Shown: one piece after another, positions 16,034 through 26,297 of the stretch
How the letters are laid out: each line of letters starts with the position of its first letter
Numbering within the stretch: position 1 is the first letter of the stretch
DNA from: Pseudomonadota bacterium
GTDB lineage: Bacteria > Pseudomonadota > Gammaproteobacteria > Burkholderiales > JABEVD01
NCBI GenBank assembly: GCA_021848705.1
Contig: JAJZTT010000001.1
Span: 7,837 to 71,836, forward strand
Length of the DNA stretch: 64,000 bases
Reading direction: 5' to 3'
Made by a program: the position numbers and the translations under genes
The notes under the pieces: model-generated
What the model was told of the DNA's origin: nothing
Seen by the model: the letters and a program-made list of their open reading frames with translations, nothing else
Database searches by the model: none

Positions 16034-16932
16034 TTTCCCTCCCTCGTGAGTTCCGCAAAAACCTCCTCGAGCATTGCCTTACCGGGTCCGATCCTGGAAA
16101 GCCCCCAGCCCATTTCCGAAGCAGCCTTCACGACGGATTCGGTGGGATCCCTTTCGCGTTCGTGGTTCAGCCTGAAGCCATCCGCAGAGATCGCTTCGAC
16201 CGAGATCACTCCTTCGATCGATTCGAGTTCGGCCCTTTCCGGCGGGTTTCTGAAAGCCGCCTCGATGCAGGCAGGACGAGAATCGAGGCAGCCCTCATAC
16301 ACCAGTCTTCCCTTGTGCAGGATTTCAACCCGATCGCAGATGCTTTCCACTTCGGACAGGATGTGGGTGGAAAGAATCACGCTCTTCCTGTCTCCGATCT
16401 CGCGGATGAGCGCACGGATCTCGCGGATCTGGTTCGGATCGAGCCCGGAAGTGGGCTCGTCCAGGATGACCACTTCCGGGTCGTGCAGGATCGCCTGGGC
16501 GATGCCGACCCTTTGCTGATAACCTCTCGAAAGCGTTCCGATCAGCTTTCTCCCCGCGTCGAGTAGCCCGCACCTTTCTTTCACGGATTCCACCGATCCT
16601 GGATTCGCCCGACGCAGTTTCGCCGCGAATTGCAGATACTCGTCCACCCTCATCTCCCGGTAAAGGGGGGGATGCTCGGGAAGATAGCCGAGCAACCTTT
16701 TCGCCTGCACCGGACTCTTCAGCAGATCGATTCCACAGATTTCGACCCGACCCGATTCGGGGCGCAGGTTTCCGGTCAGCATGCGCATGGTGGTGCTCTT
16801 ACCTGCTCCGTTCGGCCCCAGAAAGCCCAGCACTTCCCCGCGCGAAAGGGTGATGGACACCCCTTCCACGGCGCTTTTGCCGTCGAAGGTGCGGACCAGA
16901 TTCTTCGCTTCCAGCGTATTCGTTTGGTTCAT
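16030..16932 (-). CDS. ABC transporter ATP-binding protein
   Basis: Walker A GPNGAGKST, signature LSRGYQQRV, Walker B VVILDEPTSGLD. Confidence 0.92.
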   Translation of the reverse strand: MNQTNTLEAKNLVRTFDGKSAVEGVSITLSRGEVLGFLGPNGAGKSTTMRMLTGNLRPESGRVEICGIDLLKSPVQAKRLLGYLPEHPPLYREMRVDEYLQFAAKLRRANPGSVESVKERCGLLDAGRKLIGTLSRGYQQRVGIAQAILHDPEVVILDEPTSGLDPNQIREIRALIREIGDRKSVILSTHILSEVESICDRVEILHKGRLVYEGCLDSRPACIEAAFRNPPERAELESIEGVISVEAISADGFRLNHERERDPTESVVKAASEMGWGLSRIGPGKAMLEEVFAELTREGK

Positions 16933-17050
16933 GTGTCCGGCTCTTGTTTTCGCCTGCTCTTGTGATGCTGCCTAAATATACCTAATATGCTCGTATAGTT
17001 GAACGAAAATTGAAGCGCCACATCTAACCCTGTTTGATTGCCATTCCCTG

Positions 17051-18793
17051 ATGAATCACAGCAAAATAGCCATCGCGATCCTGCCCCTGCTCCTCGGAGC
17101 CTGTGCAACCACCCAGGTAAAACCGAATTTCGCCCCTGTAGCGAAGCCGGCAAAAGCCGCCAAACCGGCCCAGCCGGTCAAGGCAAGTCCTGCGCTGCCG
17201 AATGTCGCTTTGAGCGACCAGATCCTTTTCGAGTTCCTTTTCGCTGAAATCGCGGGGCAACGCGGCAACCTCGCGGTTGCAAACGAATATTACGTGAAAT
17301 TGGCTGAGGAAACACGGGATCCGCGCATCGTGAACCGGGCGCTGGACATTTCCCTCTATTCCGGCCAGAACAGGGACGCCCTCTCCATGGCGAAGCTGCT
17401 GCAGAAGCTGGATCCCTCCTCCGAAAAGGCGAAGCAGGCGATTTCCATGTTGCTCGTCCACAGCGGGGATCTCGAGGAGGCAAAGCCGAACATTGCGAAA
17501 ACGCTTTCGCAACTCGACGAGGCAAGCCTCTCCCGCAGTCTGATGCAGCTCGATTCGATTTTCTCGCAGCAAAAGGACAGGAAGGCGGTTCTCAAGGTGG
17601 TGCAGGAACTCGTCCAACCCTATCTTGCCCTTCCCGAAGCGCACTATGCGATCGGCACGGCCGCCTTGCGGGCAGGGGAAAACCAGCAGGCCCTCGTCGA
17701 GGCGGACAAAGCCCTTTCCATCCGTCCCGGCTGGGACGCAGCCGCCCTGCTTCACGCACAGGTGCTACAGTCGACCACGCCCGCTGCAGTGGAAACCTAT
17801 CTGGAAGAATTCCTGAAGCAGCACCCGAAAGCCGAGGCGGTAAGGCTCGCCCTGGCGAAATACCTCGTTGCTGAGCGGAAATATCCGGAAGCCCGGCGAC
17901 AATTCATGACCCTCCTGAAGCTTTTCCCCTCGAATCAGGACATATCGCTCGCAGTCGCCCTGCTTTCAGTTCAGATGGGCGACACCACAACGGCGATCGA
18001 TGAATTCAGGGACCTGCTGAAGAAGGGATACAAACAGCCCGATCTCGTCCGCTATTACCTCGGGCAGTCCTACGAGATGCGCAAGGAACCTGCCGAAGCC
18101 GAAAAGTGGTACCGTTCCGTGACTGGCGGAGTGCAGTACCTCCCCGCACAGGTTCGCGTTGCCTACCTCATGACGAAGAGGAAGGATGTCGAAGGCGCTT
18201 TGCGCCACCTCCACTCCCTCCAGGTGGGCGATCCGGGGCAGAAGCTTTTTCTGATCCAGGCCGAATCGCAACTTCTTCACGACTCCGGAAATTTCCGGCA
18301 GGCTTATGATCTGCTGCATCGCGCGCTGAAGGCACACCCGGAAAACCCCGACCTGCTCTACGATTTTGCAATGGCCGCCGAAAACGTGGGCAAGATCGCG
18401 GAATCCGAGAAAATGCTCAAAAAACTGATCGGGATCCAGCCGGACAACGCCCAGGCCTACAATGCGCTCGGCTACACCCTGGTCGAACACAGCACTCGCT
18501 ACCAGGAAGCGCTTTCCCTGCTGGAAAAGGCGCTTGAACTCGCCCCGGAAGACGCCTACATCCTCGACAGCATGGGTTGGCTCCAATACAAGATGGGCAA
18601 TCTCCCCTCTGCGGTCGAATATCTCGATCGGGCCTATTCGGTACGCCACGACCCGGAGATCGCAGCGCATCTCGCCCGCGCACTCTGGTCCCAGGGGAAG
18701 CATGAGGAAGCCAGGAATCTGATCGCTTCCGGGCTCAGGGAAAACCCGGGCAGCGATGCGCTCAAAAAGGCGAAAAGGGAACTCCTGCACTGA
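17051..18793 (+). CDS. TPR-repeat lipoprotein
   Basis: Lipobox LLLGAC. Repeated TPR-like helices. Usual partner upstream of lolB-ispE. Confidence 0.8.
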   Translation: MNHSKIAIAILPLLLGACATTQVKPNFAPVAKPAKAAKPAQPVKASPALPNVALSDQILFEFLFAEIAGQRGNLAVANEYYVKLAEETRDPRIVNRALDISLYSGQNRDALSMAKLLQKLDPSSEKAKQAISMLLVHSGDLEEAKPNIAKTLSQLDEASLSRSLMQLDSIFSQQKDRKAVLKVVQELVQPYLALPEAHYAIGTAALRAGENQQALVEADKALSIRPGWDAAALLHAQVLQSTTPAAVETYLEEFLKQHPKAEAVRLALAKYLVAERKYPEARRQFMTLLKLFPSNQDISLAVALLSVQMGDTTTAIDEFRDLLKKGYKQPDLVRYYLGQSYEMRKEPAEAEKWYRSVTGGVQYLPAQVRVAYLMTKRKDVEGALRHLHSLQVGDPGQKLFLIQAESQLLHDSGNFRQAYDLLHRALKAHPENPDLLYDFAMAAENVGKIAESEKMLKKLIGIQPDNAQAYNALGYTLVEHSTRYQEALSLLEKALELAPEDAYILDSMGWLQYKMGNLPSAVEYLDRAYSVRHDPEIAAHLARALWSQGKHEEARNLIASGLRENPGSDALKKAKRELLH

Positions 18794-18795
18794 GC

Positions 18796-19317
18796 ATGCG
18801 AAAGCTTTTCCTTCTTTTCACCCTGGCGCTCTTCTCGGGATGCGCCACCACGCCCCCTCTTTCCACCTCGAAGGACACCCTCTTCGATGTCTCCGGAAGG
18901 ATCGGGGTGAGGCATGGGAACCAGGGATTTTCTGGCAGCATGAGGTGGATACACAAGACCGCGGGGGATGAGCTCTGGCTGCTTTCCCCCATCGGCCAGA
19001 CCGTCGCCCACATCACCCGGAATTCGCAAGGCGCGGTTCTTTCGACTTCGGACAGAAAGGAATACCGGGCGGCCGACGTGGGGGGACTCACGGAGAAGGT
19101 GCTGGGATGGCATCTCCCCCTTTCCGGCCTCGATTCCTGGATCATGGGAAAACCTTCTCCGGAATCTCCTTCGGGCGCCATCCCCGGAGAGGACGAGTTC
19201 GTCCAGAACGGCTGGGACATCCGCTACGAGAAGCGCTTCGAGAACGGGCATCCGAAAGTGATGGTACTCGAGCGCCCCGGCCTGCGCATCAAACTCATCG
19301 TGAACCCGAATGAATGA
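18796..19317 (+). CDS. lolB: outer-membrane lipoprotein insertion protein LolB
   Basis: Lipobox LFSGCATT; 173 aa; located immediately upstream of ispE. Confidence 0.8.
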   Translation: MRKLFLLFTLALFSGCATTPPLSTSKDTLFDVSGRIGVRHGNQGFSGSMRWIHKTAGDELWLLSPIGQTVAHITRNSQGAVLSTSDRKEYRAADVGGLTEKVLGWHLPLSGLDSWIMGKPSPESPSGAIPGEDEFVQNGWDIRYEKRFENGHPKVMVLERPGLRIKLIVNPNE

Positions 19318-20134
19318 TTTTCCCGCCCCGGCGAAACTCAATCTCTTCCTGCATGTCGTGGGCAGAAGGGAGGACGGCTATCACCTGTTGCAAAGCGTTT
19401 TCCGTTTCATCGATTATTGCGACACCCTCTCCATCGATGCCAACGATTCGGGGGAAGTGAAACTTGCCAGGCCGATCCCGGGAGTTTCTCCCGAAACCGA
19501 TCTCACTGTCCGCGCGGCAAAGCTCCTCAAGAAAGTCACAGGATGCAGGCTCGGGGCCGAAATCGGGATCGAAAAAAGGATACCGATGGGCGGCGGGCTC
19601 GGAGGAGGAAGCTCGGATGCGGCAACCACCCTCGTCGCGCTCAACCGGCTGTGGAAGCTCGATCTTTCCTGGGAAGAACTGATGCGACTCGGCCTTTCGC
19701 TCGGAGCGGATGTGCCGGTTTTCATTTTCGGCGAAAGCGCTTTTGCCGAAGGAATCGGCGAGAAACTTTCGCCGATCCTGCTCGAACCCGCCTGGTATCT
19801 GGTGCTGATCCCTCCCGTCCAGATCCCCACCCCGCAGATTTTCTCCCACCCGGAATTGACAAGGGACTCGAAACCTGTAAAAATGTCGGACTTTTCGATC
19901 AGGCAGCGCCGCAACGACCTGCAACAAGTCGCCTGCATCCTGTATCCCGTGTTGCGGGAATACCTGGAATGGCTCGAAAGATTCGGTAGTCCGCTCATGA
20001 CCGGATCCGGATCCTGCGTTTTCGCAGAGTTTGCCAGCGAAGCAGAAGCATGTCATGCTTATGATTCGCTTCCGCAAGGGATGAGAGGATTCGTTGCAAG
20101 AGGGCTTGATCGCCATCCGCTGAAGGATTTTTAG
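19310..20134 (+). CDS. ispE: 4-diphosphocytidyl-2-C-methyl-D-erythritol kinase
   Basis: [11 protein letters not shown]-terminus; GHMP motif [14 protein letters not shown]. Confidence 0.92.
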   Translation: MNDFPAPAKLNLFLHVVGRREDGYHLLQSVFRFIDYCDTLSIDANDSGEVKLARPIPGVSPETDLTVRAAKLLKKVTGCRLGAEIGIEKRIPMGGGLGGGSSDAATTLVALNRLWKLDLSWEELMRLGLSLGADVPVFIFGESAFAEGIGEKLSPILLEPAWYLVLIPPVQIPTPQIFSHPELTRDSKPVKMSDFSIRQRRNDLQQVACILYPVLREYLEWLERFGSPLMTGSGSCVFAEFASEAEACHAYDSLPQGMRGFVARGLDRHPLKDF

Positions 20135-20149
20135 CGGAACACCCAGTTT

Positions 20150-20224
20150 TGGGGAGTCGCCAAGTGGTAAGGCACCGGATTTTGATTCCGGCATTCGTAG
20201 GTTCGATCCCTACCTCCCCAGCCA
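20150..20224 (+). tRNA. tRNA-Gln (anticodon UUG)
   Basis: Hand-folded cloverleaf. Acceptor TGGGGAG/CTCCCCA. Anticodon stem CCGGA/TCCGG with loop TTTTGAT. T-arm GTAGG-TTCGATC-CCTAC. Discriminator G plus encoded CCA. Confidence 0.95.
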
Positions 20225-20233
20225 CATTGAATT

Positions 20234-20257
20234 GCCCCCGCATTCCGGGGGCATTTT
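20234..20257 (+). terminator. hairpin GCCCCCG-cattc-CGGGGGC plus ATTTT after the tRNA-Gln
   Basis: Seen directly. Also argues against the 20232 ORF-track start for prs. Confidence 0.5.
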
Positions 20258-20276
20258 AGATATGAAGGATGATGGC

Positions 20277-21227
20277 GTGGCCCATGACAGTATGATGGTG
20301 TTTTCCGGCAATGCCAATCCCGCGCTTGCCGAAGAAGTCGTAAGACATCTCAACATCCACCTCGGACGCGCCACCGTGACCCGTTTCAGCGACGGCGAAG
20401 TGATGGTGGAAATTCTCGAGAATGTCCGGGGCAAGGATGTGTTCATTCTGCAATCCACCTGCCGCCCGACCAACGATCACCTCATGGAAGTGCTGATCAT
20501 GGCCGATGCGCTGAAGCGCGCCTCCGCCGCCAGGATCACTGCAGCCATCCCCTATTTCGGATATGCCCGCCAGGACAGGCGCCCCCGCTCTGCGAGGGTT
20601 GCGATCACTGCGAAAGTGGTTGCCAACATGCTGACCAGCGTCGGCGTCGACCGGGTGCTCACCATGGACCTGCATTCAGACCAGATCCAGGGGTTTTTCG
20701 ACATCCCGGTGGACAACATCTACGCGATGCCGATACTGCTCGGAGACATCTGGAAGCACGACTACAAGGACCTCGTCGTGGTTTCGCCCGACATCGGCGG
20801 CGTGGTGCGCGCAAGGGCGCTTGCGAAACGCCTGGAGACCGATCTCGCCATCATCGACAAGAGGCGCCCGAAACCCAATGTCGCCAAGGTGATGAACATC
20901 ATCGGCGACGTTTCCGGCAGAACCTGCCTCATCATGGACGACATGGTCGACACCGCGAACACCCTGTGCGAGGCCGCAGCCGCCCTCAAGGGACATGGCG
21001 CGAAACGCGTCCTCGCCTATTGCACGCACCCCGTCCTTTCAGGCCCCGCTGTGGAGAGGATCAGGAATTCCGCTCTCGATCAACTCGTCGTGACCGACAC
21101 CATCCCCCTGAGGGAAGATGCCCAGTCATGCGAGAAGATCCGCGCCATCACGATTTCAGGTCTGCTTGCCGAAACCATGCTGAGGATCAGCAACGAGGAA
21201 TCGGTGAGCTCTCTCTTCATGGAATGA
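20277..21227 (+). CDS. prs: ribose-phosphate pyrophosphokinase
   Basis: GTG start gives [20 protein letters not shown], the usual family N-terminus, with AAGGA 7 nt upstream. An alternative ATG is at 20262. Motifs [11 protein letters not shown] and VSPDIGG. Confidence 0.95.
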   Translation: MAHDSMMVFSGNANPALAEEVVRHLNIHLGRATVTRFSDGEVMVEILENVRGKDVFILQSTCRPTNDHLMEVLIMADALKRASAARITAAIPYFGYARQDRRPRSARVAITAKVVANMLTSVGVDRVLTMDLHSDQIQGFFDIPVDNIYAMPILLGDIWKHDYKDLVVVSPDIGGVVRARALAKRLETDLAIIDKRRPKPNVAKVMNIIGDVSGRTCLIMDDMVDTANTLCEAAAALKGHGAKRVLAYCTHPVLSGPAVERIRNSALDQLVVTDTIPLREDAQSCEKIRAITISGLLAETMLRISNEESVSSLFME

Positions 21228-21275
21228 TTTTTCAACCGCGGGCTGGTCGCGGCCCGCAATACTCGGAGTAACAAA

Positions 21276-21866
21276 ATGCATATCGAAATCAGCGCAACCG
21301 CGCGCAATCTGCAGGGAACGGGTGCGAGCCGCCGCCTGCGCAAGACCGGAAGAGTGCCAGGAATCGTCTATGGTGCAGGCTCGGCAGCGCAAGCGATCGA
21401 ACTCGATCACAACACGATCTATCACCAACTGAGGCGCGAGGCCTTTCATTCCTCGATCATCGCCATCGATATCGAAGGCAACAAGGAAAACGTCCTGCTG
21501 CGTGACTTCCAGATGCACCCCTTCAGGCCCCTGGTGCTGCACATCGACTTCCAGCGCGTGGCAAGCGACCAGAAGGTGCACATGAAGGTGCCGCTGCATT
21601 TCATCAATGCGGAAATCGCCCCCGGCGTGAAGCTCGCTGCCGGCATCGTCAGCCACGTGATGACCGAAGTGGAGGTTTCCTGCCTCCCTGCAAATCTGCC
21701 CGAGTACATCGAAGTGGATCTGAAGGATCTCGCGGTAGGCCATTCCATCCACATCTCCGACCTGAATCTCCCGGAAGGCGTGGAAGCCCTCACCCACGGC
21801 AGCAACTCCGTGGTTGCAACGATCCTCATGACGAGGGGAGCCGCTTCCGGCGAAGCAGAAGCCTGA
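21276..21866 (+). CDS. rplY: 50S ribosomal protein L25 / general stress protein Ctc
   Basis: 196 aa; [16 protein letters not shown]-terminus. Confidence 0.9.
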   Translation: MHIEISATARNLQGTGASRRLRKTGRVPGIVYGAGSAAQAIELDHNTIYHQLRREAFHSSIIAIDIEGNKENVLLRDFQMHPFRPLVLHIDFQRVASDQKVHMKVPLHFINAEIAPGVKLAAGIVSHVMTEVEVSCLPANLPEYIEVDLKDLAVGHSIHISDLNLPEGVEALTHGSNSVVATILMTRGAASGEAEA

Positions 21867-21868
21867 GC

Positions 21869-22435
21869 GTGAACCCGATCCGGCTGGTCGCAGGACTCGG
21901 CAACCCGGGCGTCGAATATCAGGATACCCGGCACAATGCCGGGTTCTGGTGGGTCGACAGGCTTGCCTCCAGAGAGGGCGCGACCCTGAAGCCGGATTCA
22001 AAAATGCACGGCATCATCGGCCGTGCAGGCGACTGCTGGCTGATCAAGCCACAAACCTTCATGAACGCAAGCGGAAGGGCGGTTTCCGCCCTTTCCCGCT
22101 TCTACAGGATTCCTCCTTCCGAAATCCTGGTCGTCCACGACGAACTCGATCTCGAACCGGGCACGGTTCGCCTCAAGCTGGGCGGCGGACTCGGGGGACA
22201 CAACGGACTCAAGGACATCGCGGCCCACCTGGCGACACAGGACTTCTGGCGACTCCGCCTTGGAATCGGCCATCCCGGGGAAAGAACCCAGGTCTCGAAT
22301 TTCGTGCTGAAGCCGCCTTCCAGGCAGGAAGAAGAACTCATCCTGGATGCCATCGGAAAAAGCATCGATGCCTGGCACCTCATCGCGACCGGTCAGCAAC
22401 AGGCCGCGATGCTCAAGCTTCATACCAAAAACTGA
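21869..22435 (+). CDS. pth: peptidyl-tRNA hydrolase
   Basis: LVAGLGNPGVEYQDTRHNAGFW motif. Confidence 0.93.
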   Translation: MNPIRLVAGLGNPGVEYQDTRHNAGFWWVDRLASREGATLKPDSKMHGIIGRAGDCWLIKPQTFMNASGRAVSALSRFYRIPPSEILVVHDELDLEPGTVRLKLGGGLGGHNGLKDIAAHLATQDFWRLRLGIGHPGERTQVSNFVLKPPSRQEEELILDAIGKSIDAWHLIATGQQQAAMLKLHTKN

Positions 22436-22606
22436 TCAGGCGATCTCCGGATCGTCCTTCCTCGGCAGCGTGGTGAGCGCAAGCTCCAGATTGGAAGCCA
22501 ACCGGTCTGCAAAAATCGCCGCTTCATGCAGATGGTTCTTCCTGTAAAAATCCGCCTTGTCCCTGTACAAAGCAACATCCTTTTCCACTGTTTCCCTGAT
22601 TTCCAT
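22436..22606 (-). CDS. hypothetical 56-aa helical protein
   Basis: Below track cutoff. AAGGAGAAATC then ATG. Product MEIRETVEKDVALYRDKADFYRKNHLHEAAIFADRLASNLELALTTLPRKDDPEIA*. Its stop abuts the pth stop (TGATCA). Confidence 0.45.
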   Translation of the reverse strand: MEIRETVEKDVALYRDKADFYRKNHLHEAAIFADRLASNLELALTTLPRKDDPEIA

Positions 22607-22702
22607 GATTTCTCCTTGGTTGACCTACACTCTGATACACATCGTTACGATAAGTTCATTGCGATGATACGCATATGAACTATATTGATAACTCCCCTAT
22701 TT

Positions 22703-22730
22703 GCCCGCCAACCCCAGGCGGGTTTTTTTT
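22703..22730 (+). terminator. orphan intrinsic terminator (CCCGCC-loop-GGCGGG plus T8)
   Basis: Seen directly. No plus-strand gene ends upstream of it. It lies 80 nt before the PAS-DGDEF start. Confidence 0.6.
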
Positions 22731-22810
22731 GCCCGAACCGCCTGAACTCTCAAGAACTATTTTATAATAAATTCATCCAATCGATTCCTTTCCTCAATAC
22801 GGTGCAAGAC

Positions 22811-23773
22811 ATGAAGGCTGATCCCGTCATTCCGGCAGCGAACCCTCGCAATGCAGGGGAAGAGCTTCTTGCCGAAAAGGAACGCTTCAGAAGCCTCATC
22901 GAAGCCATCCCGGACGGATTCCTGGTGACCGACCTGGAAGGCAGGATCCTGAACGTGAACCCGATCTATTGCCGCCTTTCAGGATATTCCCCTGAAGAAT
23001 TGCAGCTTCTTTCCCTTTCCGATCTGGAAGCCGCCGAATCCCCGGAAGTCATTTCCAGGCGAATCGAGGCGCTTGCCGCGCATGGCAGGGACCGCTACGA
23101 ATCCCTCCATCTTCGCAAGGATGGCAGCATCTGGCCGGCTGAAATCACCATTGCACCGCATCTCGCGGCGAACGAACTGTACATGTTCGTTCGGGATCTC
23201 ACCGGGATCAAGATTCTCGAGGCGGAAAAATTGCGGGCGGAGGAAAAGATGCGCAACCTGGCGCTGCATGATGCGGTCACGGGCCTGCCCAACCGGCGAG
23301 TGCTGATCGACAGGCTGAAACATGCCCTGGCCGCATCCCGCCGAAACAAGCTGCACAGCGCGATCATCCTCATCGACCTCGAGCATTTCAGGGATATCAA
23401 CGAAAGGCTGGGATCCGAATCCGGCGATTTCCTGATTTCCCAGGTGGCGCAGCGCATCACAGGATGCATCCGCGAAGAGGACTCGGTTGCCAGAATCGAT
23501 GGAGACGAATTCGCAGTGATGCTGAACGGTCTTTCCGCCGATACCGATACCAGCGCATCCCAGGCGGGGCTGGTCGGCAGGAAGATCCTCGATTCGCTGA
23601 AAGATCCTTACATTCTCGGCCAGAATCCGCTGTTTTCCCTGCCAAGCGTCGGCATCACCCTCTTCAGGGACGCTGAAGATGCGGATGCAATCCTGCGCCG
23701 CGCCGACATGGCCCTCAACAAGGCCAGGATGGCCGGCCGCAATGCGGTGCTGTTTTACCGGGAATTGGACTGA
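22811..23773 (+). CDS. PAS domain protein with a GGDEF-type domain (motif reads DGDEF)
   Basis: Start trimmed to ATG 22811 (MKADPVIP...). The PAS region is followed by ALHDAVTGLPNRR, REED I-site and RIDGDEF. Confidence 0.85.
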   Translation: MKADPVIPAANPRNAGEELLAEKERFRSLIEAIPDGFLVTDLEGRILNVNPIYCRLSGYSPEELQLLSLSDLEAAESPEVISRRIEALAAHGRDRYESLHLRKDGSIWPAEITIAPHLAANELYMFVRDLTGIKILEAEKLRAEEKMRNLALHDAVTGLPNRRVLIDRLKHALAASRRNKLHSAIILIDLEHFRDINERLGSESGDFLISQVAQRITGCIREEDSVARIDGDEFAVMLNGLSADTDTSASQAGLVGRKILDSLKDPYILGQNPLFSLPSVGITLFRDAEDADAILRRADMALNKARMAGRNAVLFYRELD

Positions 23774-23861
23774 TTTCTTGGTGGCAATTCCCCTTGGGGT
23801 TATAATGCACGGTTTGCATGCCCCTTCGAGCCGGCATCCCCAGCACTGACAAAGGAAACCA

Positions 23862-24953
23862 ATGAGCCTCAAATGCGGAATCGTCGGATTGCCCAACGTG
23901 GGCAAGTCCACCCTGTTCAACGCGCTCACCAAGTCCGGAATTGCGGCCGAAAATTATCCATTTTGCACGATCGAACCCAACGTGGGCATCGTCGAGGTTC
24001 CGGATGCCAGGATCGATGCGCTGTCGGAAATCGTCAAACCGCAACGGGTTCAGCATGCCATCGTCGAATTCGTCGACATCGCCGGGCTGGTCGCAGGCGC
24101 ATCGAAAGGGGAGGGACTGGGCAACCAGTTCCTCGCCAACATTCGCGAAACGGACGCCATCGTCAATGTGGTGCGCTGCTTCGACGATCCGAACGTGGTC
24201 CATGTGGCCGGGAAGGTCGACCCTCTTTCCGACATCGAAACCATCATCACCGAACTCGCGCTGGCCGACCTTGCCACCGTGGAGAAGGCAATGCAGCGCG
24301 ATGCCAAGAAGGCAAAATCGGGAGACAAGGAAGCGCAGAAGCTGATTTCCCTTTTCGACAAGCTCGTCCCGCACCTCAACGAGGGCCGTCCCGTGCGCAC
24401 CCTGGAACTTTCCGAGGAAGAAAGGGAACTGGTCAGACCGCTTTGCCTTCTGACCATCAAGCCGGCGATGTATGTCGGCAATGTCCTCGAAGACGGCTTC
24501 GAGAACAACCCGCATCTGGACAGGCTGCGCGAGTATGCCTCGAAGGAAGGCGCTCCCGTCGTCGCTCTCTGCGCCAAGATAGAAGCCGAGCTTGCCGACC
24601 TGGAAGATGCCGACAAGGCGGAATTCCTCGCCGATCTCGGCCTTTCGGAACCGGGGCTCAATCGCCTCATCCGGGCCGGCTACGATCTGCTCGGCCTTCA
24701 GACCTATTTCACGGCCGGAGTGAAGGAAGTTCGCGCCTGGACCATCAGAAAGGGCGACACCGCGCCACAGGCAGCCGGCGTCATCCACACCGATTTCGAG
24801 CACGGATTCATCCGGGCAGAAGTGATTTCCTTCGAGGACTTCATCACCTATCGGGGCGAGCAGGGCGCCAAGGAAGCGGGGAGGATGAGACTCGAAGGAA
24901 AGGAATACATTGTGCAGGACGGTGACGTCATGCATTTCAGATTCAACGTCTGA
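23862..24953 (+). CDS. ychF: ribosome-binding ATPase YchF
   Basis: [13 protein letters not shown]-loop; 363 aa. TTGGTG-N17-TATAAT promoter-like sequence upstream. Confidence 0.95.
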   Translation: MSLKCGIVGLPNVGKSTLFNALTKSGIAAENYPFCTIEPNVGIVEVPDARIDALSEIVKPQRVQHAIVEFVDIAGLVAGASKGEGLGNQFLANIRETDAIVNVVRCFDDPNVVHVAGKVDPLSDIETIITELALADLATVEKAMQRDAKKAKSGDKEAQKLISLFDKLVPHLNEGRPVRTLELSEEERELVRPLCLLTIKPAMYVGNVLEDGFENNPHLDRLREYASKEGAPVVALCAKIEAELADLEDADKAEFLADLGLSEPGLNRLIRAGYDLLGLQTYFTAGVKEVRAWTIRKGDTAPQAAGVIHTDFEHGFIRAEVISFEDFITYRGEQGAKEAGRMRLEGKEYIVQDGDVMHFRFNV

Positions 24954-24989
24954 TGGTTTAGAATGGTCCGAGCTACCCGGGGTCCCGAC

Positions 24990-26297
24990 ATGACAAACAA
25001 AATTTTCCGAATTCTCCTCGTTCTACTTTCAGCCATTTCCTTCCATTCGGCCATGGCCGACGAAGGGCAGCTCGTCAACCGGATCGTTGCAGTCGTCAAC
25101 GACAAGCCGATCACGCAGGTCGAGCTCGACGACAGGATCAAGGCCATCTCGACGCAGATCGAGAAACGCGGCATTCCGCTTCCTCCTCCTTCCGTGCTGC
25201 AAAAGCAGGTGCTTGAGAACATGATCATGGACAAGATCCAGCTCCAGTTCGCAGCCGAAATGGGCATCAAGGTGGACGACGAACAGCTCATGAAGGCGCT
25301 GCAGAAGATCGCAAGCGACAACCACATGACCCTCGCCCAGTTCAAGGATGCCGTGGAAAAGGAGGATGGAGTCCCCTTCGACAAGTTCAAGGAAGACATC
25401 CGCGGGGAAATCATCAAGTCGAGGCTCAGGCAGCGAGAAGTCGACAGCAAGGTGGTGGTCACCGATGCCGAAGTGAACAACTATCTCAAGAACAGCGAAC
25501 TGCAGGGCAAGACCCAGGAGTACAATCTTTCCCACATCTTCATCCAGCTTCCCGAGCAGGCCTCCCCTGACCAGGTGAAAACCCAGCTTGCAAAGGCGGA
25601 AAAGGCGCTGCAGGCCGTGCGTAGCGGCGCGGATTTCGGCCAGGTTGCCGCCTCCTTGTCCGATGCGCCGGACGCCCTTCAGGGCGGCGCAATCGGCTGG
25701 AAGCCTGCAGGTCAACTTCCTTCCTCATTCGTGGAAATGCTGCAGAAGCTTCAGCCCGGCGAAGTGAGCGGCATCATCCGCAGCCCCAACGGATTCCACA
25801 TCATCAAACTCGTCGATCGTCGCGAGGGGAAATCTTCCTCGATGGTCACGCAGACCCATGTACGCCATATCCTGATCAAGACCGGCGAGGATGTTTCCGA
25901 AGAAGATGCAAAAAGGAAACTCGAAACGATCCTTGCGGAAATCAGGAAGGGAGCCCACTTCGGACAGGAAGCCAAGCTCCACTCGGACGACACCAGCGCC
26001 ACGAATGGCGGCGACATCGGGTGGGTGTCTCCAGGCGATACCGTTCCCGCATTCCAGAAGGCCATGGATGATCTGAAGCCGGGCGAAATTTCGGAACCCG
26101 TCCATACCCCTTTCGGCTGGCACATCATCCAGGTGCTGGGACGCCGCACCGAAGATGTCGGCAACGAGAAGCGCATGCTGGAAGCCCGCAAGGCGATCGC
26201 AGCCCGCAAATCCGACGAAGCCTATCAGGAATGGCTCCGCGAACTTCGCGACCGGGCCTATGTCGTCTATCACCTCAATGATTCCGGAAACAACTAA
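24990..26297 (+). CDS. surA: periplasmic chaperone / peptidyl-prolyl isomerase SurA
   Basis: Signal peptide MTNKIFRILLVLLSAISFHSAMA; two parvulin-like segments (HILI.., GWH(I)I..). Confidence 0.9.
   Translation: MTNKIFRILLVLLSAISFHSAMADEGQLVNRIVAVVNDKPITQVELDDRIKAISTQIEKRGIPLPPPSVLQKQVLENMIMDKIQLQFAAEMGIKVDDEQLMKALQKIASDNHMTLAQFKDAVEKEDGVPFDKFKEDIRGEIIKSRLRQREVDSKVVVTDAEVNNYLKNSELQGKTQEYNLSHIFIQLPEQASPDQVKTQLAKAEKALQAVRSGADFGQVAASLSDAPDALQGGAIGWKPAGQLPSSFVEMLQKLQPGEVSGIIRSPNGFHIIKLVDRREGKSSSMVTQTHVRHILIKTGEDVSEEDAKRKLETILAEIRKGAHFGQEAKLHSDDTSATNGGDIGWVSPGDTVPAFQKAMDDLKPGEISEPVHTPFGWHIIQVLGRRTEDVGNEKRMLEARKAIAARKSDEAYQEWLRELRDRAYVVYHLNDSGNN

Noticed and set aside
22607-22810. c-di-GMP (GEMM) riboswitch in front of the PAS-DGDEF gene.
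   Set aside because: No GEMM-I/II consensus elements are visible. The space between the candidate promoter and the terminator is too short for the aptamer.
23715-24935. Long antisense ORFs opposite well-supported genes. Examples: 23715-24935 vs ychF, 49104-50528 vs gltB, 57571-58827 vs SPOR/dsbA, 38671-39909 vs pilM, 19295-20194 vs ispE, 10205-11230 vs the GGDEF-EAL gene.
   Set aside because: These are typical mirror-frame ORFs of GC-rich coding DNA. Their products are Arg/Gly/Pro-rich with no recognisable motifs, and the opposite strand carries unambiguous conserved proteins.
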